A stretch of DNA of 63,760 nt, filler included, from Reticulomyxa filosa (Eukaryota > Protista > Foraminifera): the NCBI GenBank assembly GCA_000512085.1. It is 19 parts of 19 records of this genome, joined end to end, with 100 filler letters (N's around TTAATTAATTAA, not from the genome) between each part and the next. Parts side by side here need not be neighbours in the genome. Positions count along the whole stretch, not along the records: positions 12,697 to 14,126 come from ASPP01035852.1; positions 14,227 to 15,971 come from ASPP01013289.1; positions 16,072 to 19,194 come from ASPP01001716.1; positions 19,295 to 20,310 come from ASPP01000019.1; positions 20,411 to 22,175 come from ASPP01009531.1; positions 22,276 to 43,101 come from ASPP01037485.1; 13 more parts are not named here. One strand, 5' to 3'. The notes below the pieces were generated by a model that saw nothing but the letters and a program-made list of their open reading frames with translations, ran no database searches and was not told where the DNA came from. A program made the position numbers and the translations under genes. Positions 13,086 through 23,647 of this stretch are shown piece after piece. The first letter of the stretch is position 1, and each line of letters starts with the position of its first letter.

Positions 13086-13771
13086 TGGTGACAATAACAA
13101 TGATGATGTGCAAGACTTGGATGAAAAAGATCAACAACTCATTAAGCGACAACAAGTTCGTAGCTGCGAGGAATGCTGGCTACGCTTTTATCGTGGCACG
13201 TGTCCCCATTGCTTGTATCAGTTTTGTATTCATTGTCGCTTGCCTTGGAAAAACATGTCCAATCCTACTGAGAGGCATCACTGTCAAATCAGCAATGAAG
13301 ATAAAAATGCTCAATTGAATCAACTCTTGTTCGAACAAGAAGGCTGGGGTACGTTGTTTTTTTTTCCTTCCCCCCCCCCCTCTCTCTCAACTTCAACTTT
13401 CTCTCCCTCCTCCTTTTTTTTTTTAAAAAAAAAAAAAAGCAATGTGTCCCGGATGTCGAATTCCAGTGTCCAAGATAGAGGGGTGCAATCATATGACCCA
13501 TTCGAATTGTCCGCATCCAAATGACAGGCGGACGCGTAGCACGCATTTTTGCTACTGCTGTTCCACACTGTTGTATGGTCCTCATCGCAATTTGGAAGCC
13601 AATCGAACTCTTCATTTTCCCGACGGGGTCTATGAAAAGTGCCGACATGTTATTGCTGGCAAACCAAGAGTCGTCTCGTTTCGTGACACCAATACCACTA
13701 ACTCTGCTTCTTCTCTTTGTCGATGTACTTGTTGCAGTGGCTGGAGTTACTTGTTCTGTCAACGTGAGTAG
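12724..13771 (+). CDS. FYVE-domain + RBR-type (IBR/Rcat) E3 ubiquitin ligase, 5' partial, spliced
   Basis: RHHCRVCGNIFCEQCSS at 12724 (FYVE) and RSCEEC. CPHCLYQFCIHCRLPW..H is the second half of an IBR. After an intron (~13349-13439) comes CPGCRIPVSKIEGCNHMT..THFCYCC (Rcat with catalytic Cys). Confidence 0.8.
13033..13090 (+). repeat. (AAT)n microsatellite encoding poly-Asn
   Basis: Direct reading of the sequence. Confidence 0.9.
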
Positions 13772-14226
13772 GTTCCTTTTTTTTTTTTTTTCTCTGTTAG
13801 TTTACAATTTCACTAATTCTCCAATTCTTGATATCCTTTTCAAAGCTTCTTCTATTTTGGCGAAATAGTGCAAAATTCAAAAGGGTTGATGTTTGTAATA
13901 TTCACCATTTTTAATTTCTCAATCAACTATTGTCAAGCTAATTCAACCATTTGTTCAATCAAACAAAAAAAAAATAATAGAAAAGTATATTTTTGCTTTA
14001 TGGCATTCATTCACTGTTTTTGATGTTTTTTTTTTTTTTTTGTTTTTCCAAAAGCGTTTCTCAGTGGATTAAAAAAACTAGCCAATTAAAATAACTTATT
14101 GTCATTGCAGAAAAAATCAAATGTTTNNNNNNNNNNNNNNNNNNNNNNNNNNNNNNNNNNNNNNNNNNNNTTAATTAATTAANNNNNNNNNNNNNNNNNN
14201 NNNNNNNNNNNNNNNNNNNNNNNNNN

Positions 14227-15293
14227 GCACAGACACAAAACAAAGATGGACAAATTGCCAAATTGGAAACAATGATCGAAAAACAAGTGCAAAAGGCGGA
14301 AATAGTGGGTGCGAAAATGGAAGTGGATGCAGCGATCTTGGAACAACAAAAACAATAGCCAAAGTGCGATAGACCAATTATGCCGGATGGATGAGGAAGA
14401 GATGCAATGGAACGGCTATTCTGCACACAGTATGGAGCCAGTGATATGCAACAAGACTTGCCAAGAGATGATGGAGCAGCTGTGCAAGCCCTCCCTCCTC
14501 CTCCTCCTCCTCCTCTCGACTGAACATGAACTTGACAAACAATGTGGACTTTTTGTTAATCACTGAGAACAAGAAGACAGTGAGGCTAAAAAATAATGAG
14601 TGGAATGGCTTCAAATTTGGAGTGTATTTGCTGGGCGAATATACGAAATTGACAGTGGATTGTAATAAGAAATCAAATAAAAAGGAGTTGGGGCATCTCA
14701 AAATTAGAACCAGTCATTTGTGGATGAAAAGTGTGACCTCGACAATTGATTGCTCCGGATTGGGATTTCCCTCCGATTCGGGACCTGGAATGGGAGGAAA
14801 GGCGAGAAAGCCTTTTTGTAGTGGTGGTGGGGCTGGACATGGACAAAGAGGCTCTGAGGAGAATATGGTGCAAGGAAATGGAGCCGGAGGGCCTGTCTAC
14901 GGAGAGAAAATGCTGTTAAAGCAGCTGCTTTGTGGTAGTGGTGGTGGCTTTGGCTTCGATGGTGCAAATGGAAATATACGTTATGGAGGGAGTGGAGGTG
15001 GAGTCATTGAAATAGTTGTTGAACAACACTTACTCAATTATGGCACTATCAAAGCCAATGGATCCCATGGAACTGGAGGCTGGGGTGGCGGTGGAAGTGG
15101 AGGGTCGATTTTGATTCATTTACGTCCTCGTCCGACTACTTCTCCACATGTGCTTGGAAATATCACTTGCAAAGGGGGAAACCAACTATACTCTAACAAA
15201 GGTGGTGATGGCAGAATTGCAATCTACGGTGCTACTTTTTTGCCAGAAGAAACTCAAAAAATAAAACCAAGGCCATTCAATAGTGTACAGTGA
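14227..15293 (+). CDS. Protein with a C-terminal glycine-rich GGxGGG domain; the upstream coiled-coil/poly-Pro part has frame breaks
   Basis: LLCGSGGG..GGSGGGVIEIVV..GTIKANG..GGGGSGGSILI..GGDGRIAI in ORF 14526-15293. Confidence 0.65.
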
Positions 15294-16071
15294 TCTTTTT
15301 ATTTTTTCTCACTTTTTTTGTTTGTGATGTTTGCTAGTGTCATATAATTTTTTTCCTCCCAACTCCAGAAAAAACTGGTTCATTGGCGTTCAGAGGCATG
15401 CGTCCTCTAAAAATTTTCTTTAGGAGAGTTTTTTTTTTTTTATGTTTGTGCTCACTACAAAATTATCAAAAGGAAAACGTGGAATCTTTCTAAACACAAA
15501 CTATTTCATCTGTGATAATGAACTTTTTTAAATCCAAACAAACAAGACAATCCATGATAAAAGATGGTGACGGTTCTCTAAAAATTAAATCTTTTCAAAG
15601 AAGCTTCTTTTGTTCGTGCTTCTTAAGGAAACCTTTTTTTTTTTTTGATCTCTTAATGTACATGCAAACCTAATTATTTATCAATTACCTCTGAATAGCT
15701 TACAACAAGGGAATAAATATCGTGTTTTAAAGAAAAAAAGACAAAGAAAATATATTATTTTCAATATAAATGAATGATTTGGGACGAAACGGATGTTCAG
15801 AAAGTATACTGCACACCTGGGGATGGTTGAACATCGGCATAGTAAGTTGGACAATATTGATAAACCAGTATGTGATATGGACGGTGTACATGAAAGCAGA
15901 GACGATCAAGATATTTTTTATAGCATTAGGAATAACGTTGGTGATGCTATCGTTCTTGTCCCTATGGTGTGNNNNNNNNNNNNNNNNNNNNNNNNNNNNN
16001 NNNNNNNNNNNNNNNTTAATTAATTAANNNNNNNNNNNNNNNNNNNNNNNNNNNNNNNNNNNNNNNNNNNN

Positions 16072-16886
16072 ATCTTATTTATTTCTCCACATTTTGCATA
16101 TACATTCAACATTGACGAAATCGAAATTATATTAATATCAACATTAAAATCATGTATCATTTTATTCCAAATCAATTCAGCACTTTGAATATCACGTGCA
16201 TTTGCACAAACTGATAATAATGAATTACAAGTGATCAAATCTGGGTTGATGTTATATTTGTCAATCATCAAATGGAGATAATTTAATGCCTGTTTAAGAT
16301 CTCCTCTTTTTGTACATCCTTTGATCATCGTATTGAATGTAATAATATTAGGAACCAATAATTGATGATTAGTTTGATCTTGTTGTTTTTCAAACCATTG
16401 TTGAAAATAATGTTTTTGTAAATCAAATTTGTCCCAAATGCATAAATGATGTAAAATCATATTGTAAAATATGACATTTAGATGAATATGTTTACTTTGT
16501 ACAATATTAATAATTTGAATGATTGAATTGGGACATTTTAATTCTGAACATCTTTTAACACCTGCAGCATATAGAGACATATCTTGAGATGAACTCTCCT
16601 TGAGATATTGAATAATTTCTTTATCAGATTCCAGTTTTTGAATTAATGATCGTTCATGTCTTGATTCAGGGGATGGTGTTGTGTTTGATAATGGACCCCG
16701 TTGTCCTTTTAGCTTTTTCATGTATTGAGCTCTTTGGTGCTGTTCATCCAGTGCTACTTGATGTGTGTTGGGTTGACGAAATTGTCTAATGAGAACGCAA
16801 GGAATATTGCTCCAGATTGGCCTCTTGTTCAGTGCTCCTTGTCTAAGGCCAGTTTTTTTGAGAGTTGCAATCATCATTGTTGTCAT
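16072..16886 (-). CDS. Pentatricopeptide repeat (PPR) protein, 3' partial
   Basis: PNIITFNTMIKGCTKRGDLKQA, PDLITCNSLLSVCANARD and ISISSMLNVYAKCG. Confidence 0.9.
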
Positions 16887-18739
16887 TTTTTTTATTTATC
16901 AATTTTATATTTGAACTTTGCGAACTTTTTAATTAAAAAAAAGGTAATGAGGATTCCAAATTAAATGCTTCAGTTGATGTTTATTGAATATTGATTAAGA
17001 TTATTTGTAAAATACTTTTTTTGATGTTGATTTGTAGCATTTTTGAAGAAATTTGATAACGTTTTTTGGACAAACTGCAATCAATATCATTGCCCAAAAA
17101 CAAAGTTTGAAAAAGAATTTTAATTCTAATTGCTTACATAATGGCAATTAATTGCTTTGTAACAAATGCATTCTTGAAGACGACAAGTCCAAGAAAAAAA
17201 AAGTGAAGAGATTCAACGTTCAAAATTTATTTTGAAAATTGCCCCGAATTGATATCATCCTCATTGGGAGTGAATATTCCTTTCTTTTGTGTTCAATAAA
17301 CGGCTTTTTACGTTGAAATCCAAACTATGAATGTGAAATAACAAATTGGTAGCGCAAAAACAGTAATTGTTTTGAGAACTGAAAAACGCTGAGTTATGAT
17401 AAAATATACGTCTATTATTTTGTTTGGTTCTCATAAAACAGAATATGATTGCAATAAAAACTAACTTTTCAACTGCGTCTTAATGTAGATAATAATAAAT
17501 ACCAATTTTTTAACATTATGTTGCATTTAAAATGTAATTTGATATTATAAACATATATTATATATCATTTCTCATTTAGATCACTTTAGATAACTTAAAC
17601 TAAATTACGTCTGATTTGCCATTGAGACACAATACTTGGAAAGACGCAAAATATAGATGTCAATTGTTAAAAAGTTTTTTTTTTTGTCACAATTCAATTC
17701 CATTCCACAACAATTACTTAAATTCATAAATAATTGTCATTATGGTTAATCACTTTGTCAATATCAATTTGCTTTTCATAAGAATTAAACCATGTTCTAT
17801 TTTGGAGTAAGAACATTTGTTGTAATTTCAACTCTTTTTAAAAAAAAAGAAAAATGGCTTTGTTTTTTTTAATGTGCGCTATGGGCAAACTTGATTGCAA
17901 CATAGATTTTATTAAATTTATGGATGTTTTTACAGTTTGTTATATATTTAAGTAAAGTGTGTTGAATCTAAGTAGTAGTAAACGCTAGGATGACATTAGA
18001 GCGGGGATTTGTTTCGTGTTTCCCTTCCACTATCATCTCCTCCTAAAAAAAAAAAGGTATCGAGGTTGCAAAGTGTACAAGCAGCAGTCGACGATCATTG
18101 GAACAAAAAAAGAATACATTGTAAAAAACTGAGAAAATGTGCAATTGTCGAAAGATCGAAATGGTGTAGAATAAAAATTTTTAGGTAGAGTTAAAAAAAA
18201 ATAAAAAATCTAGAACAAACTTTTTTAACCACTTCAAGATATTTTTTTGACGAAAAAATTAATTTTTGTAAAATAAAAAAAAATAACTTAACTTTTTGTC
18301 AATATGTGCACACATATGCATCAGAGGTATGAAGCTTAGAATGTAGTTTTAAAGCTTATAAGTCATTCATTTTTCTATCATCTCATCATACCTTTTATCA
18401 CTTGATTCAGACGATTCTTTTTGTTCTAATTTGTTATCATAGTTCATTTTTTCATTTATTATTTATTAAGACTTTTATAAATATATTACGTACCATTGAT
18501 TTCATATACCAATTGCAGAGCTAGCTTCTATCTTAGTAATTTTGTTATTTTTTCATCTTTTTCATTATATTTTTCCTTTAATATTATTTTTAGTTTAAAA
18601 AAGAAAATAAATAAAAATAAAAATAAGAGACTTAAATCTCTTTGAGTCTTTGTTAAGTGCACTTATGCAAGACTCTTCATATGTTCTTGTTCATCCAAAT
18701 ATTTTATAATACAATCTTTTCCAAGCATTCTTGATTCAT

Positions 18740-19194
18740 TTCTGGAATGGAATGACTCAAAAGAAAGCAGCAGCTCAAGAATTGACCCGTCAAGTCTTTG
18801 AATTCATAAGACGTCCAACACAGTGATGATCTGACTTGGCGTGAAATGAGACAATATCACATGGAACGCAGAAATCCGAGACAGCGTGCCGAGTTTATTA
18901 GCACATATCTTTGCATTATGGACTTCAAAATTCACAATATTATCACGATGCAAACGGTATGAACGACAAAGAGTCTTATTTATTGAAGCCACATGCTGCC
19001 CGGGTTATTGCAATCTTTTGTGTGCTGGGCATTGACAAAGACAAACCTGGACTAGTCAATAACTTTGTTCAAATTGGAACTGGAGAAGAAAAGTCGATTA
19101 CCTTGGCCGTTACTGCATGTGTATTGGCATTGTTTGGCTTTGTATGTGATTTGTGCTTCGTACAGTGAATACTTGAGCTGTAGAGATTTGAAAA
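18740..19194 (+). pseudogene. SecA-like DEAD/SF2 ATPase domain fragment, frameshifted
   Basis: LLKPHAARVIAIFCVLG..QIGTGEEKSITLAVTA resembles SecA Walker A (TGEGK). CASYSEYLSCRD continues in a shifted frame. Confidence 0.65.
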
Positions 19195-20410
19195 NNNNNN
19201 NNNNNNNNNNNNNNNNNNNNNNNNNNNNNNNNNNNNNNTTAATTAATTAANNNNNNNNNNNNNNNNNNNNNNNNNNNNNNNNNNNNNNNNNNNNTGAAAG
19301 AATGTTGATTTCATCCAACAAAAAAAAAAGTTATTAAAAAATCAATATCATATTTAAAAACTACAAGACTTGTAGATATTTAAAAAAAAAAAATTAGGTC
19401 TAAATGTTGATTTTTCATTGATAAAATCAATTATCATCATAAGATATGTTTTATGCATTCAGTTTTCTTTGCAACATAATGTATGTTAGTCTTCGATATC
19501 ATTTAATTGATTTTAAACAAAAGTAAAACTTGAATAAGCAACATTATGATAAGTCTAACAAAAGACTATTTTAAAAAAATATTGTACACTCAATGGTGTG
19601 TTTACAAATTTAACATAACAATACGGGTGAAAATAATTATTTTCTTCAAAATTTACAAAAATCATGCGAAAAAGAATCTTGTCAACATAGATAACTTGAA
19701 GCATTGAGACCGTACGTTTAATATCTTTTTAGACGTTTACGTTTTAAGCCTACTCACCGTTTGTTGGCAACAGACAGTCTACTTTTGTCAACAGTGCGTT
19801 TCATTACATCAAAAGACACTCAAAAAGTATTAGAATTCCTCTTGACTTTGAAAACATACAAATAAAAAAGAAATTTCTATGGTACCTTTTTCCCGTTTGT
19901 ATTCGTCAGGACATTCAAAAACTGTAAAACAAATAAATAAGTGATCCACATATTTCTGTCCCAAGAGATAGTGCTGCAAAATGAATGAAAAAATGTTTGC
20001 ACACCAATCCCCCGCTTTATCAAAACTCAAGAAAACTGGAAACTTTTTGACCATCATAACTTTTGTACAAGGAAAAAGACATATACTCCGAAGGATCTTT
20101 CTAAGGAAAAAAGCAAAAAAAAAAAGAGAAAAAAAACCACACCGAAGAGATTGCTTGAAAAAGACCTCTTCTTTACACACCTTTTCGTAGCATTCACTCA
20201 ACACATTTATCAAAAAGACCAAACACAAAAAAAATTGTTTCACCACGATCACTCTTGCAACTTTTGTCTCGAGAAAGAAATGATTTTCGTCCCCTCTGTT
20301 CTCCAAAAAANNNNNNNNNNNNNNNNNNNNNNNNNNNNNNNNNNNNNNNNNNNNTTAATTAATTAANNNNNNNNNNNNNNNNNNNNNNNNNNNNNNNNNN
20401 NNNNNNNNNN

Positions 20411-21162
20411 ATCAGGTCGCCCGACTTCATCCACGACATCATCGCGGGCGAGACATAGGCGCCCTCGTTGGCGAGCAGGATGCCGGCCAGACCGCCGAAC
20501 GCGCCGGAGATGGTGAACGCCGCCAGCCGGTAGCGGAACACCGGGAAGCCCAGCGCCGTCATGCGCAGCTCGTTCGACTTGGCGCCGCGGATCACCAGGC
20601 CGAAGCGCGAGTTGGCGTAGCGGCCGCAGAACCACAGGCTGGCGCAGAGCAGGGCCAGGCAGAGCCAGTAGAAGCTGGCCTTGTCGCGCAGGTCGATCAG
20701 GCCCGGGAAGCGGCTGCGGCTGATGTTGAGCCCGTCGTCGCCGCCATAGGCTTCGAGGCCGCTGCCCACGTAGTAGACGAGCTGGGCGAAGGCGAGCGTG
20801 ATCATGATGAAGTAGAGGCCGCGCGTGCGGAGCGACAGGGCGCCGATCAGGACGGCCCAGACCGTGGCCGCGAGCAGGGCCACGGGCCACTGGATCCAGC
20901 CACTGGAGATGCCTTCCGCCGACAGGATGCCCACCGCATAGCCCCCGATCCCGAAGAACATCGCATGGCCGAAGCTCACCAGCCCGCCATAACCCAGGAT
21001 CATGTTGAGGCTGACCGCGGCGATCGACCAGATGACGATGCGCGTGCCGATCGACAGGAGATAACGCTGGTCGAACGCCTGGGTGAGCAGCGGCAGGACC
21101 GCCAGCACCAGCAGGATCAGCGCCGTCGCGATCCCGCGCGGCGTGCGGAGAGCCGCCATCAT
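20411..21162 (-). CDS. livM: Branched-chain amino acid ABC transporter permease LivM-type (bacterial, 3' partial)
   Basis: SLNMILGYGGLVSFGHAMFFGIGGY and LRTRGLYFIMITLAFAQL. The start ATG at 21162 overlaps the livH stop (ATGA). Confidence 0.93.
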
Positions 21163-22072
21163 GTGCGCTGGCCGAACAGGCCGGTGGGCCGCCAACCAGC
21201 ACGGCGGCCATCAGCACGTAGACCAGAACCTGCGAGATGGCGGGCGCGGCGCTCGACGCGGCGCTGGAGCTCATGAAGGTCTTCAGAATGTCGGGCAGGA
21301 AGGCGCGGCCCACGATGTCGATCTGGCCGACCACCATGGCGGCGATGAAGGCGCCCTTGATCGAGCCGATGCCGCCGATGACGATGATGACGAGGGCGAG
21401 GATCAGGATGTCGTCGCCCATGCCGATCCGCACCGAGGCGATGGGGGCGGCCATCAGGCCGGCAAGGCCGGCGAAGACGGCGCCAAGGCCGAAGACCAGG
21501 CTGAACAGCAGCTCGATGTTGACGCCCAGCGCGCCGATCATGCGGCGGTTGGAGGCGCCGGCGCGGATCAGCATGCCGAGGCGCGTCCGCGCCACCAGCC
21601 AGGCCAGCAGGATCGCCACGAGCGCGCCCACGACGATGATGGCGAAGCGGTAGGCGGGGTAGGGCACGCCCGGCAGGATCTCGATGGTGCGGTTCAGGAA
21701 GGGGGGCACCGCGATGCTCTTGCCGGCGGGGCCCCAGAGCGCGCGCACCAGCTCGTTGAAGAACAGGATCAGGCCGAAGGTCGCCAGCACCTGGGTGAGG
21801 TGGTCGCGCGCGTAGAGCTTTCGGATCACCACGGCCTCGACGACCACGCCCAGCAGGAAAGTCGCGGGCAGCGCCAGCAGTGCGCCCAGCACGAAGGAAT
21901 CGGTGACGCCGATCAGGGTCCAGGCGATGTAGGCGCCCATCATGTAGAGCGATCCGTGTGCCAGGTTGACCAGGTCCATGATGCCCAGGGTCAACGTCAG
22001 GCCGGCGGCGAGCAGGAACATCAGCAGGCCGAGCTGCACGCCGTTCAGCACCTGGAGCAGCAGATATTCCAT
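21159..22072 (-). CDS. livH: Branched-chain amino acid ABC transporter permease LivH-type (bacterial), with a 1-nt deletion near 21195
   Basis: LNGVQLGLLMFLLAAGLTLTLGIMDLVNLAHGSLYMMGAY. Restoring one base gives the canonical ending VLVWRPTGLFGQRT* at 21159. Confidence 0.93.
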
Positions 22073-22090
22073 CTATTCCGTCACGCTCTC

Positions 22091-22120
22091 AAACAAAACG
22101 GGAGCGCCTGCGCGCTCCCG
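22091..22120 (-). terminator. Intrinsic-terminator-like hairpin upstream of livH
   Basis: CGGGAGCGC-gcag-GCGCTCCCG followed by TTTTGTTT on the minus strand. Confidence 0.6.
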
Positions 22121-22128
22121 AGACCTTT

Positions 22129-22175
22129 CCTCCCCAGTCATCTGGGGAGGTGTCAGCGTCTTCGCTGACGGAGGG
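22129..22175. repeat. REP/RIME-like palindromic intergenic element (partial)
   Basis: Two perfect hairpins, CCTCCCCAG-tcat-CTGGGGAGG and GTCAGCG-tctt-CGCTGAC, then GGAGGG. Confidence 0.55.
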
Positions 22176-22275
22176 NNNNNNNNNNNNNNNNNNNNNNNNN
22201 NNNNNNNNNNNNNNNNNNNTTAATTAATTAANNNNNNNNNNNNNNNNNNNNNNNNNNNNNNNNNNNNNNNNNNNN

Positions 22276-22343
22276 CATGGAGAAAATCGATTCTCTTCGT
22301 ATAGTGCCATTTAGGTATGCAGTTTTTTTTGCAATCTACTGTA
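22276..22343 (-). mobile_element. Tc1/mariner-like terminal repeat, copy A
   Basis: Similar to 23362-23487 and 61921-62053; all three end at ACTG|TA. Confidence 0.55.
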
Positions 22344-23361
22344 GTAACAATAACATAATGATAAGCAATAAAGCCGATCTTTTGGTAGTACAATTATCGC
22401 GGCGACTGTTATTTAACTCATAGTGTGCATCTTTTCAAATTGTTGTTCAATGAAATCACAATATATCATTTGCAAGTTGTAGCAAATCAATTGAAGTATA
22501 ATACAAGAATATTGAACTCGAATGAAATACAATTAAGTGTATTTTTTAAAGTTTGAACGAACAATCAGTGATCACTCCAATGCAAAGTATATAATCATGT
22601 TGGGCTTTGTTTTATTCAACAAAAAACGAAGAAAAATGAGTACTTCTTTGTGATAGGTGTAAACAAATACATTTGCATATATTAATTTGCTATTTTCAAT
22701 CGATGAAAGTGACAACATTGGATCGTGTATTCATATCAATCGGCAGAATGACACAATCAAGTACGATCAACACACTCTTTGTTTTGCTGTCCGATATATA
22801 ATCGTCATTCAAAACGATACCACAGTCAACAAAAAAAATCAAATGCTTTAAAAAAAAGCTGATAAAATTACACCAAAAAAATTGTCATCATTATCTAATT
22901 TCGCAGTAAGGCATATAAATCAAACCTGATGTAAGTTTTTTGCATCTTTATATATTTTTGAATTTTGTACAAAATTTGCATACTGAAGTCAACTGTTATT
23001 TTTATAATCTGAGCAATAAAACGTACTGTTCAGCACTTTTTTTAAATTAATTTTATAACTAAAGCAAATTCAAGTTGTGATATTGTTTTTATTAAATGTA
23101 ATATTTTTAATTTTAACTAATCTTTCAAATCTTAATTCAATAATTTTCAAAAGTTTTTGTTCTAATAACTCCCACAAAAGTAAATCCTTGTTCATCAAAA
23201 AAAATCCTTTTCAAAATAATCTAAAATCTGACGTTTGAACCTGTTTACTAATTCAAACTAATAATAATAAATAAAATCAATACTTTTTTTTAACGTTGCA
23301 ATCAATTCATTTCAAAAAGCCAAACTTTGAAACAAAAAAAAAAAAGAGAAATTTTATATTT

Positions 23362-23487
23362 AAAAACTACAAGATTTGCAGATATTTTTAAAAAATTAGG
23401 GTTAAATGTTTATTTTTCATGGAGAAAATTGACTCTCTTCATGCAGGTGCCATTTAGATATGACAGTTTTTTTTGCAACTTACTGTA
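23362..23487 (-). mobile_element. Tc1/mariner-like terminal repeat, copy B
   Basis: Minus strand reads TA|CAGTAAGTTGCAAAAAAAACTGTCATATCTAAATGGCAC. The internal part also matches 19355-19430. Confidence 0.55.
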
Positions 23488-23647
23488 GTTTAAACTTGTG
23501 TTAGAAGAATTACATAGATTGAATGTTTTTTTTAGCAAAATTTTCAAAGAAAGTTTTCTTTCAATTGAATTTTTATCAAGACTTCAGAGGACACTATTTA
23601 CAAAAAATCTTTTGTTAAGCTAGTAAAAGGGAGGTAGTTTGCAATAG

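Noticed and set aside
14356-14525. In-frame TAG/TGA suggesting stop-codon reassignment
   Set aside because: Clean genes (RPS15, WD40, 1624-2967) end normally at TAA, TGA and TAG. Local frameshifts explain these stops.
20363-22072. 569-aa LivH with a long Arg/Pro-rich tail or a LivH-LivM fusion, and long antisense ORFs such as 21083-22168
   Set aside because: A single missing base near 21195 explains the tail. The antisense ORFs are high-GC shadow frames.
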